DNA of 64,000 nucleotides. Source: an uncultured Chitinophaga sp. (lineage in GTDB: Bacteria; Bacteroidota; Bacteroidia; UKL13-3). The stretch's first letter is position 1; each line of letters begins with the position of its first letter. The stretch covers positions 21,039-85,038 of the forward strand of contig CAYUDC010000001.1 of NCBI GenBank assembly GCA_964443415.1, given 5' to 3'. Positions 10,276-17,565 of the stretch are shown one piece after another. The position numbers were made by a program, and so were the translations under genes. The notes under the pieces were generated by a model, which was not told the origin of the DNA, made no database searches, and worked only from the letters and a program-made list of their open reading frames with translations.

Positions 10276-11958
10276 ATGCTTAAACTTATTTCACTTTTCT
10301 TTTTCTTTTTAGCTGTACCACCTTTAATGGCGCAGAAACCGCTACCTGAGAAGGAGCGATTAGAATTTGACAAATTCTTTTTTGCTGGTCATAAAGAAAA
10401 GATGATTAAAAATTATGAGGATGCAGAAAGAGAATTTAGGCAAGCGCTAAGTATCAATGCTCAATCTGCAGATGCAAATTTTCAATTAAGTGTAGTTTTA
10501 TGGGCGAGCAAAAAGTACGATGAGGCCATTGTTTATGCAGAAAAGGCGGTTAAATACAGCCCTAGTAATGAATGGTATGCTAAGTTTCTAATTAATGGTT
10601 ATAAAGAGTCGAATAGAATGGCCGATGCCATTGGCCTTTGTGATAAAACATACAAGGCTACTGGGTTAACAAGTTTTTTAAAGCTTAGAGCCGAGTACCA
10701 AATAAAATCGGGTGACTATGCAGGTGCAGTTAAAACCTATGATGCACTAGAAAAGGCTAAAGGAAAGCAGTTAGAGTTTACGAGGCAAAAAGAACAGCTA
10801 TACCTGGCATTAAAGAAAACTTCAAAGGCTATTGGCGAACTAGAATCTTTCCTTAAGGTTTATCCTGATAATATAGAAATAACGGGGAGGCTGGCAGATT
10901 TGTATTTAAACACTGGTAAAGAATCAGAAGCCATTAAAATGTATGAATATATTCTTCAGGTTGAACCAAAGAATGGATACGCATCATTTTCATTAGCCGA
11001 TTACTATAAGTTTAAAGGGAACTCCGAAAAATACTTTAGCTATGCTAAGTTGGGCATGGCATCTAGTATCGAGCCTAGGGCAAAATTAAAAATGTTATCT
11101 ATTTTAATTCCTTCAATGGAGTTTGGGTCGAACCACCTAGAAAAGTGTGATACGCTGGTGAATGTCTTTCTTGAGGCAAATGCTAGTAGCTCTGAGCCCT
11201 ATTTGTTTAAAGGTGATTTAAGTTTACAAAAGAGAAACTTTGAGGAAGCGCGTAGCTGGTATTTAAAAGCCACAGAAATTAACCCAGCAGAGCTAGTGGC
11301 TTGGGAGCAAGTGATAGTATGCGACCAACAACTCTTGAGATACGATTGGATGCAACAAGATTGTGCTAGAATGATTGAAATATTCCCACAATACCCAAGC
11401 TCTTACATTTATCATGGCGTAGCCAGTAAAGCCCTTGGCCGAGTAAATGAAACCTTACCAATTGCAAGGTCGGGTGTGGCATTTGCCTCCGATGAAGAAT
11501 CTATGATTGCTTTGCTCATGAATTTAGGAGACATTGCCTACCATGCTAAAGATTTTGAGTTGTGCGATTCTTCATTCGAAGCCGTGTTGGCTATGAGTCC
11601 AGATAATGCTTTAGCACTTAACAATTATGCGTACTTTCTGAGCCTAAGAGGAAAGGATCTTGAAAAAGCTGAAAACTTAAGTAAACGTTCGCTCATTTTT
11701 GATCCTAAAAATGCTGCAAGTTTAGACACCTATGGATGGATACTCTATATGAAAGGTGATTATACTAATGCTAAAATTCAAATAGAGAAGTCGTTGGAAG
11801 GTAATAGCGAAAGTGCAGAAGTAGTAGAACATTACGGCGATGTGCTTTTTAAGTTAGGAGATAAGCAGAATGCCGTTCTTCAATGGAAAAAGGCTCAGAC
11901 CTTGGGTGGAAATTCTGATGCATTAAAGAAAAAAATACAATCAAACACTTTAGATTAA
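10276..11958 (+). CDS. Tetratricopeptide-repeat protein with signal peptide
   Basis: Signal peptide MLKLISLFFFFLAVPPLMAQ followed by multiple TPR units. Confidence 0.7.
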   Translation: MLKLISLFFFFLAVPPLMAQKPLPEKERLEFDKFFFAGHKEKMIKNYEDAEREFRQALSINAQSADANFQLSVVLWASKKYDEAIVYAEKAVKYSPSNEWYAKFLINGYKESNRMADAIGLCDKTYKATGLTSFLKLRAEYQIKSGDYAGAVKTYDALEKAKGKQLEFTRQKEQLYLALKKTSKAIGELESFLKVYPDNIEITGRLADLYLNTGKESEAIKMYEYILQVEPKNGYASFSLADYYKFKGNSEKYFSYAKLGMASSIEPRAKLKMLSILIPSMEFGSNHLEKCDTLVNVFLEANASSSEPYLFKGDLSLQKRNFEEARSWYLKATEINPAELVAWEQVIVCDQQLLRYDWMQQDCARMIEIFPQYPSSYIYHGVASKALGRVNETLPIARSGVAFASDEESMIALLMNLGDIAYHAKDFELCDSSFEAVLAMSPDNALALNNYAYFLSLRGKDLEKAENLSKRSLIFDPKNAASLDTYGWILYMKGDYTNAKIQIEKSLEGNSESAEVVEHYGDVLFKLGDKQNAVLQWKKAQTLGGNSDALKKKIQSNTLD

Positions 11959-11961
11959 TCT

Positions 11962-12759
11962 ATGAAGAAGAGTATCTTAATTAATGCAATACTTGGTGTT
12001 TTATTGTTTCAGATTTGGTCATGCAAAACTAAACAGAATAATGCTGTAAAACCATCGGTTGTAGAGCCTGTTAAGCCTACTGTTAACAAAGGCTTACAAG
12101 ACCTTCTTACAAAGGTAAGCGATGCAAAATTTTCTATTGATGCTATTAAATATTCGGCACTTGCAGATTATAAAGACAGTAAGAATGGTGTAACCCTAAA
12201 CATGGAGCTAGTAGCAAAAAAAGATCAGTATATCTGGTTAAATGCTAAAGCCTTTGGATTGGTTAATGTGGCGCGTGTGCTACTTAAGCCCGATTCGGTT
12301 AGAATTATTGACTTGGTAAATAAGAAATATATTTCAGCCTCTTATAAATATTTAAATAGGTTTATTAAAGCTCCTATCACCTTTGTGGAGGTTCAAAATT
12401 TGGTTTTTGGCAACGCTTTGTTCGACCCAAAATTAGAACAAACAATTCTTGATACTATTCAAAATAGGCTACAATTAACCAGTAAATTAGGCGCACTTAC
12501 ACAAAAGGTGGCTTTAAATGCTAATTTAAAACCTAGCAGTGTATGGTTAAATGAACAAGGAGTGTCGCGCGAGATGTCTATTAAATATGGTGCCTTCGAG
12601 GTTCTCAATGGAAAATCGTTCCCAAGTGATATACTAATTAACATTGAGGGAGAAAAAAAAGTAGAATGCCACTTTACATTGAGCAACTTTGTAACAGATG
12701 TTAAGCAAGATCCATCATTTGTTGTCCCAAAATCCTATAAGGTTGAAGTTTTGGAGTAA
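11962..12759 (+). CDS. DUF4292-like lipoprotein
   Basis: Signal peptide with a lipobox-like Cys (LLFQIWSCKTK). The gene sits between a TPR gene and an M23 peptidase gene, which is the usual DUF4292 context in Bacteroidota. Confidence 0.5.
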   Translation: MKKSILINAILGVLLFQIWSCKTKQNNAVKPSVVEPVKPTVNKGLQDLLTKVSDAKFSIDAIKYSALADYKDSKNGVTLNMELVAKKDQYIWLNAKAFGLVNVARVLLKPDSVRIIDLVNKKYISASYKYLNRFIKAPITFVEVQNLVFGNALFDPKLEQTILDTIQNRLQLTSKLGALTQKVALNANLKPSSVWLNEQGVSREMSIKYGAFEVLNGKSFPSDILINIEGEKKVECHFTLSNFVTDVKQDPSFVVPKSYKVEVLE

Positions 12760-14008
12760 AGCAACCCTCTTAGTAGGCTTTACGCTTATTTTTTTTATTG
12801 CAGATGCAGCGCAAACTCCGGCACAAAAGAGAAAGGAGCTAGAAGCACAGCGAAAGCAACTACAAGAAAGTATCAAGAGAAATAAAAATGAGTTGCTTAG
12901 AATAAAAGCCGAGGCCTATAACAAAGAAAAGGAGCTCAAACTATTGGCAGAGCAAATAGGTAATCGTGAGCAAATAATTAACGTAGTAGGGCAACAGGCC
13001 TTCGAAATTACCTTACAAATTAATACTCAGCGAGAAATGGTTGAGAAGCTTAAAGCAGATGTTATAAGCTTAAAGCAAGATTATGCTGAATATATAGTAG
13101 CAGCTTACAAGCGTAGGCTTAATGCCACAGATTTACTCTTTTTTATCTTTGAATCTAAAGATTTGCAGCAAGCCATTCGTAGGCTTAGATACCTGAGCGC
13201 ATATGGAGAATACCGCAGAAAGCAAGCTCAACTTATTTTAAATACGCAAACGCAAATGCTGGCCTTGATTAACGAAATGGTTGCAGACAAGAAGCAAAAG
13301 GCCACCCTTATTAAAGAAAAAGAGTTCGAGAAGCATGAACTTGTAAAAGACAAACAAGAAGAACAGAAATTACTTTCTCAGCTTCAGGATAAAGAGAAGG
13401 ATTTAAAAAGCAAGATACAAAAGCAAACCCTTGCAGCTAAGAAATTAAGTAAGGAAATAGAGTTGCAAATTGTCAAAGAGATTGAAGCTGCACGTAAATT
13501 GGAAGAAAAGAAAAGAGCAGCTGCTCAGAAAGCAAACAGACCAGCTGGTCCAAAGACGAGCACAAGTTATTTAAGTGATGCAGATATAAAACTGGGCTTG
13601 GATTTTGCAAGTAGCAAAGGCAAGCTCCCATGGCCAGTAGCCGGAAAAGTTGTTGAGACTTTTGGAGATCATGCCCACCCCACTTTAAAAGGAGTAGTTA
13701 CCACCAATAATGGTATTGATATTTTGGCAAAACCTGGAGATGAAATAAAAGCGGTTTATAAAGGTGTTGTAAAGGCAATTTTTCCTATCCCAGGGCTAGA
13801 TAAGGTTGTATTGGTAAGCCATGGTGAGTATTATACGGTTTATGCAAGATTATCTTCGGTAAAAGTACAAATTGGAGATCCCGTTGAAACAGGAAAAGTG
13901 CTTGGAGTTTTAGGTGCCCATCCAGATACAGGGGAGGGAAGATTGCATTTTGAAGTATGGAAGCAAAGATTGTTTCAAAATCCATTACCTTGGTTAAGAG
14001 CAAGATAG
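12698..14008 (+). CDS. Peptidoglycan DD-metalloendopeptidase family (M23/LytM) protein with coiled-coil
   Basis: A long Lys/Glu/Gln-rich coiled-coil region precedes the C-terminal LytM domain (VLVSHGEYYTVYARLSSVKVQIGDPVETGKVLGVLG...RLHFEVW). The ATG at 12698 overlaps the upstream gene by 62 nt. An in-frame TTG near 12739 would give a cleaner signal peptide (LKFWSKATLLVGFTLIFFIADAAQ). Confidence 0.75.
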   Translation: MLSKIHHLLSQNPIRLKFWSKATLLVGFTLIFFIADAAQTPAQKRKELEAQRKQLQESIKRNKNELLRIKAEAYNKEKELKLLAEQIGNREQIINVVGQQAFEITLQINTQREMVEKLKADVISLKQDYAEYIVAAYKRRLNATDLLFFIFESKDLQQAIRRLRYLSAYGEYRRKQAQLILNTQTQMLALINEMVADKKQKATLIKEKEFEKHELVKDKQEEQKLLSQLQDKEKDLKSKIQKQTLAAKKLSKEIELQIVKEIEAARKLEEKKRAAAQKANRPAGPKTSTSYLSDADIKLGLDFASSKGKLPWPVAGKVVETFGDHAHPTLKGVVTTNNGIDILAKPGDEIKAVYKGVVKAIFPIPGLDKVVLVSHGEYYTVYARLSSVKVQIGDPVETGKVLGVLGAHPDTGEGRLHFEVWKQRLFQNPLPWLRAR

Positions 14009-14076
14009 ATAGATTTTTTTCTTTTTCTTGCAACTTAATTACAAACTCCTTGTCTAATAAGTATCATTTAACCAAC

Positions 14077-14877
14077 ATGAAAAGAAAAACTTTACTTGCA
14101 CTTAGTTTGCTAACTTTATTAGGGGTTTCTATTCCTACCTTAAAATCTTATCCAGATGGTGCGCCATCAGATGGTAGAACTGGTTCTCCTGGCGATGGTG
14201 GCAAAACATGTGCCACAGCTGGATGCCATAACGGAACTGCCCAAGATGTTACAGGCATTATTAGCAGCAATATACCTGCAGAAGGATATACTCCTGGAAG
14301 TACTTATACCATTACTGTAACAGTTGATCAAGGTGGAAGAAAGGGTTTTGTAGTGAGCCCGCAAAAAGAAGATGGAACTTTAGTGGGTAGCCTCACAGCC
14401 GGTACGGGTAATCAAAGAGTAGGTGGAAAGTATATTACGCACACTGCTGCGGTTTCTTCAGCTACTGCGGTGTGGAATTTTAGTTGGACAGCCCCTGCAG
14501 CTGGTTCTGGAGCAGTAGATTTTTATGGTGCCTTTGCTAACAACAGAACGCTTGTAAGAAAGTCTAAGTTTAGTGTTGCAGAGAAATTGGCAAGTGGAAT
14601 AAATGCCAACGAATCTATCAGTGGCTTAAAGTTGTATCCTAACCCAAATATTGGTAAGGAATTAAATCTAAGCTTTGAACTTAAGCACACTTCACAACTT
14701 TCTATTGAGCTTATAGATATCACCGGTAAAATGGTTACAGAGCTCTACAGTGCTAAAGAAAATGCTGGAACTTTCAGTAAAAAATTCGAAGTGCCCAGCC
14801 TAAACGATGGATTATATTTTATTAGAATTCAATCTGGTAATCACTCATTAACCAGAAAAGTTTTGGTTCAACAATAA
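14077..14877 (+). CDS. Secreted protein with T9SS type-A C-terminal sorting domain
   Basis: I chose the ATG at 14077 (MKRKTLLALSLLTLLGVS, a signal peptide) over the track start. The C-terminal 85 aa (LKLYPNPNIGKELNLSFELK...GLYFIRIQSGNHSLTRKVLVQQ) have the Por_Secre_tail pattern. The N-terminal region carries a Cys/His cluster, GGKTCATAGCHNG. Confidence 0.7.
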   Translation: MKRKTLLALSLLTLLGVSIPTLKSYPDGAPSDGRTGSPGDGGKTCATAGCHNGTAQDVTGIISSNIPAEGYTPGSTYTITVTVDQGGRKGFVVSPQKEDGTLVGSLTAGTGNQRVGGKYITHTAAVSSATAVWNFSWTAPAAGSGAVDFYGAFANNRTLVRKSKFSVAEKLASGINANESISGLKLYPNPNIGKELNLSFELKHTSQLSIELIDITGKMVTELYSAKENAGTFSKKFEVPSLNDGLYFIRIQSGNHSLTRKVLVQQ

Positions 14878-14888
14878 ACTTATCAGTA

Positions 14889-15932
14889 TTGCCTTTTCAA
14901 TTAAATTTTATAGGCGAAAGTGTTTACCTAGAACGTATCAATGAGCTGTTGTTTTTATGGGAAAACAACGGCTCATTTGTTTTTAAAACCTCGGGTACTA
15001 CCGGAACGCCCAAAGAGTTTAGCTTTTCTAGGCAACAAATAGAAACTGCCATACAAAGTACCATAGCCTATTTAAAATTAAGGCCTGGACAAGAGCATAT
15101 TTTGCTATGTCTCGACCCCAACTTTATTGCTGGTGCCATGATGTTGCTAAGGGCAAAATATTTAGATTGTGCTATTACAGTGTGCAAAGCCAGCAATAAC
15201 CTGTGGCAATCTATTGCTATCAACCATCCATATACTTTTGCATCCTTTGTTCCTCCTCAATTAGTTGATGCTAGTTTTGATGACCAGAAATTTGCCAGAA
15301 TCCATCAGGTATTAATTGGTGGAATGTCTTTAGATGAACGCCTTAGAAGTAAGGTTGTGGGCAAAGGAAATCAAGTATTTCTTTCTTATGGTATGACAGA
15401 GACATTGTCTCATATCGCGCTAAAAAACTTAAATAAGCCTGAGCATTATCAGCTAATAGGGGGAAATAAAATAGCTGTCACGCCCCAAAATACCCTGGAA
15501 ATTACCACACCATTTTTATCTCATAGTGTCATCACCAATGATGTGGCGGAGGTTTTTAATGATGGTAGTTTTAATGTCTTGGGTCGATCCGATTTTGTGA
15601 TTAACTCAGGCGCCTATAAAGTTAATCCAGAAAGCATCGAGGCAACCATAAAAGAGCGTGCAGGAGATTTTATAGAGGCTGCAGGAAATGTTATAATCAT
15701 TGGAATACCAGATAAAATATTAGGTGAAAAAGTTTGGCTATTAAGTGAAAGAAAAATTACCAACGAATCATTTGATCAATTGCTTGAAATATTATCCAAG
15801 TACCTTCATAAATACCAATTGCCAAAAGGATTTGACTTTTATGGGCCATTTGAGCAAACGGTAAATGGAAAAGTTTCCCGAAAACAGATAATCAATAACT
15901 TTATAATCAGTACTTTTGGCTTAAATGAATAA
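14889..15932 (+). CDS. AMP-binding (adenylate-forming) enzyme, short o-succinylbenzoate-CoA ligase-like
   Basis: Carries the AMP-binding P-loop FKTSGTTGTPKEF. The 347-aa length matches the short MenE-like ligases of Bacteroidota. Confidence 0.6.
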   Translation: MPFQLNFIGESVYLERINELLFLWENNGSFVFKTSGTTGTPKEFSFSRQQIETAIQSTIAYLKLRPGQEHILLCLDPNFIAGAMMLLRAKYLDCAITVCKASNNLWQSIAINHPYTFASFVPPQLVDASFDDQKFARIHQVLIGGMSLDERLRSKVVGKGNQVFLSYGMTETLSHIALKNLNKPEHYQLIGGNKIAVTPQNTLEITTPFLSHSVITNDVAEVFNDGSFNVLGRSDFVINSGAYKVNPESIEATIKERAGDFIEAAGNVIIIGIPDKILGEKVWLLSERKITNESFDQLLEILSKYLHKYQLPKGFDFYGPFEQTVNGKVSRKQIINNFIISTFGLNE

Positions 15933-16001
15933 GTTTCATAAAAACTTGATGCACAAGTGAAGTCTTTTTATAAATTCGCGTAAATATTAAATTAGAGAAG
16001 T

Positions 16002-16223
16002 ATGTATTGGACATTAGAATTAGCATCTTACCTAGATGATGCTCCATGGCCGGCAACAAAGGATGAGTTGATAGATTATGCCATTAGATCTGGTGCGCCT
16101 TTGGAGGTGATTGAAAACCTTCAAGAGTTGGAGGATGATGGCGAGCCTTTTGAAACCATCGAAGAAATTTGGCCTGATTATCCTACTAATGAGGACTATT
16201 TTTATAACGAAGATGAGCTATAA
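16002..16223 (+). CDS. DUF2795-like small acidic protein
   Basis: LASYLDDAPWPATKDELIDYAIRSGAPLEVIENLQEL matches the DUF2795 core, followed by an acidic tail. Confidence 0.55.
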   Translation: MYWTLELASYLDDAPWPATKDELIDYAIRSGAPLEVIENLQELEDDGEPFETIEEIWPDYPTNEDYFYNEDEL

Positions 16224-17390
16224 CTCTTCTTCTATTTGAGAAACGTCCGAATGTAAGGTCTTAATGAAATCCGCTTGGTACTTTTCCAATTGCGGATTTC
16301 TGTTTTCTTGGAGGTTGATACAATACCTCAAACCAGCACCAGCACCGATAGATTTTACCAGATTTAAATCCATGAGAAGCTGAAAGTCTCTTTGTATGGT
16401 TTTTCTATTGCAGTCGAATTCGTTTACAAGTTCTTTTGTTGAGATAAACCCTCTATGTTGTACAATATACATGATGAGTTTTTGTCTCTTATTTAAGATA
16501 GCATCGTCAATTTCCTTAAGCCTATAGCCGCGTTCAAAAACATAGTTCATGATGTTTTTTTGACGCGCATTCAGTTTGTCAAAATCCACTTGCTTTCTAA
16601 AGTAGGATTTAAACAAATCTTTAAGACGTTCTAATTGGCTTTGGTGTAATTGCAATCCAAACTCAATTTGTGCATTTAGGCTACCTTGGTTGCCCTCTTT
16701 CGATAAATGAATGATCTGTTCGTAATCTATTTTTTGAAGATATAACTCATGTTCTAAGCTTAGTAAACCAAATAAATCCATTTGATTTTTACTGAGCCAA
16801 AATTGTTGTAGCAAAGATGCTAGTTTGTTATTTCCTTCACTAAATATAGAAATGGTTCTTATTCTAAAATGTAGAATCCAACTCTGAACTATGGGGTGAA
16901 ACTCATTGTCGTCATTTAGAAATTCGAATAGGCTTTCGAGTTCCAATTCGCTTTCTATGCTTATTTTTTCAGCTTCTATATGGCTTGAATGTGAGAACAA
17001 ATCATTTTCTAAGGCAGCTTCTTTTTTCTTCCCACTTAATATCCTTTGCGTTTCGTATAGTAGTTCTAAGCTTAAAGGTTGATGAGTTTGCTGAGAAAGA
17101 AATAATTCTGCCTGACTGAAGTGTTCTATCGCTTGTTCGGAAAGACTAGAGGCCCTTAGATTTTTATTTAAGAGATACTTAACAGTTTTAATATCCACTA
17201 AATTATTGTCGAGCGCGTTGGCATAATAAGCGCGCAGGATAGCGCTATTTTGCTTTTCTATTTGTTGGATATTAAGAGGTAAATCTATAAAGTCGAATAT
17301 CTTGCAGAGTTCGCTATAAGCTCTTTCACATTGCTTGAAAGATTCTTCAATTGAAATGAGTGGCTCGTATTTGTTGATTAGAATCATCAC
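16218..17390 (-). CDS. Fic-like protein with degenerate active-site motif and C-terminal winged-HTH
   Basis: The central HFRIRTISIFSEGNNKLASLL aligns to the Fic HxFx(D/E)GNGRxxR motif, but the key residues are substituted. The C-terminal KLIMYIVQHRGFISTKELVNEFDCNRKTIQRDFQLLMDLNLVKSIGAGAG is a DeoR/wHTH-type DNA-binding domain. Confidence 0.5.
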   Translation of the reverse strand: MMILINKYEPLISIEESFKQCERAYSELCKIFDFIDLPLNIQQIEKQNSAILRAYYANALDNNLVDIKTVKYLLNKNLRASSLSEQAIEHFSQAELFLSQQTHQPLSLELLYETQRILSGKKKEAALENDLFSHSSHIEAEKISIESELELESLFEFLNDDNEFHPIVQSWILHFRIRTISIFSEGNNKLASLLQQFWLSKNQMDLFGLLSLEHELYLQKIDYEQIIHLSKEGNQGSLNAQIEFGLQLHQSQLERLKDLFKSYFRKQVDFDKLNARQKNIMNYVFERGYRLKEIDDAILNKRQKLIMYIVQHRGFISTKELVNEFDCNRKTIQRDFQLLMDLNLVKSIGAGAGLRYCINLQENRNPQLEKYQADFIKTLHSDVSQIEEEL

Positions 17391-17483
17391 TTACGAATCT
17401 AAAGCCTTTTTACATTGGCTTAACATTCACTTTATCCTACAAGAACGTGGATTACGTGATTTTTTTGAAAATAATCAATCTAA

Positions 17484-17524
17484 AATCCTTTAAGCCCCTT
17501 GTTTTACTGGCCTCTTAAAGGATT
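17484..17524 (-). terminator. Perfect 11-bp inverted repeat hairpin downstream of the GT-C/TPR gene (candidate terminator or attenuator)
   Basis: AATCCTTTAAG, a 19-nt loop, then CTTAAAGGATT. It lies 42 nt past the stop at 17566 on the transcribed minus strand. The U-tract after the stem is imperfect (UUAUUUUC), and my coordinates may be off by one. Confidence 0.4.
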
Positions 17525-17565
17525 AAGAAAAATAGACAAGTAATTAAAACGCTGTGAATAAGAGC

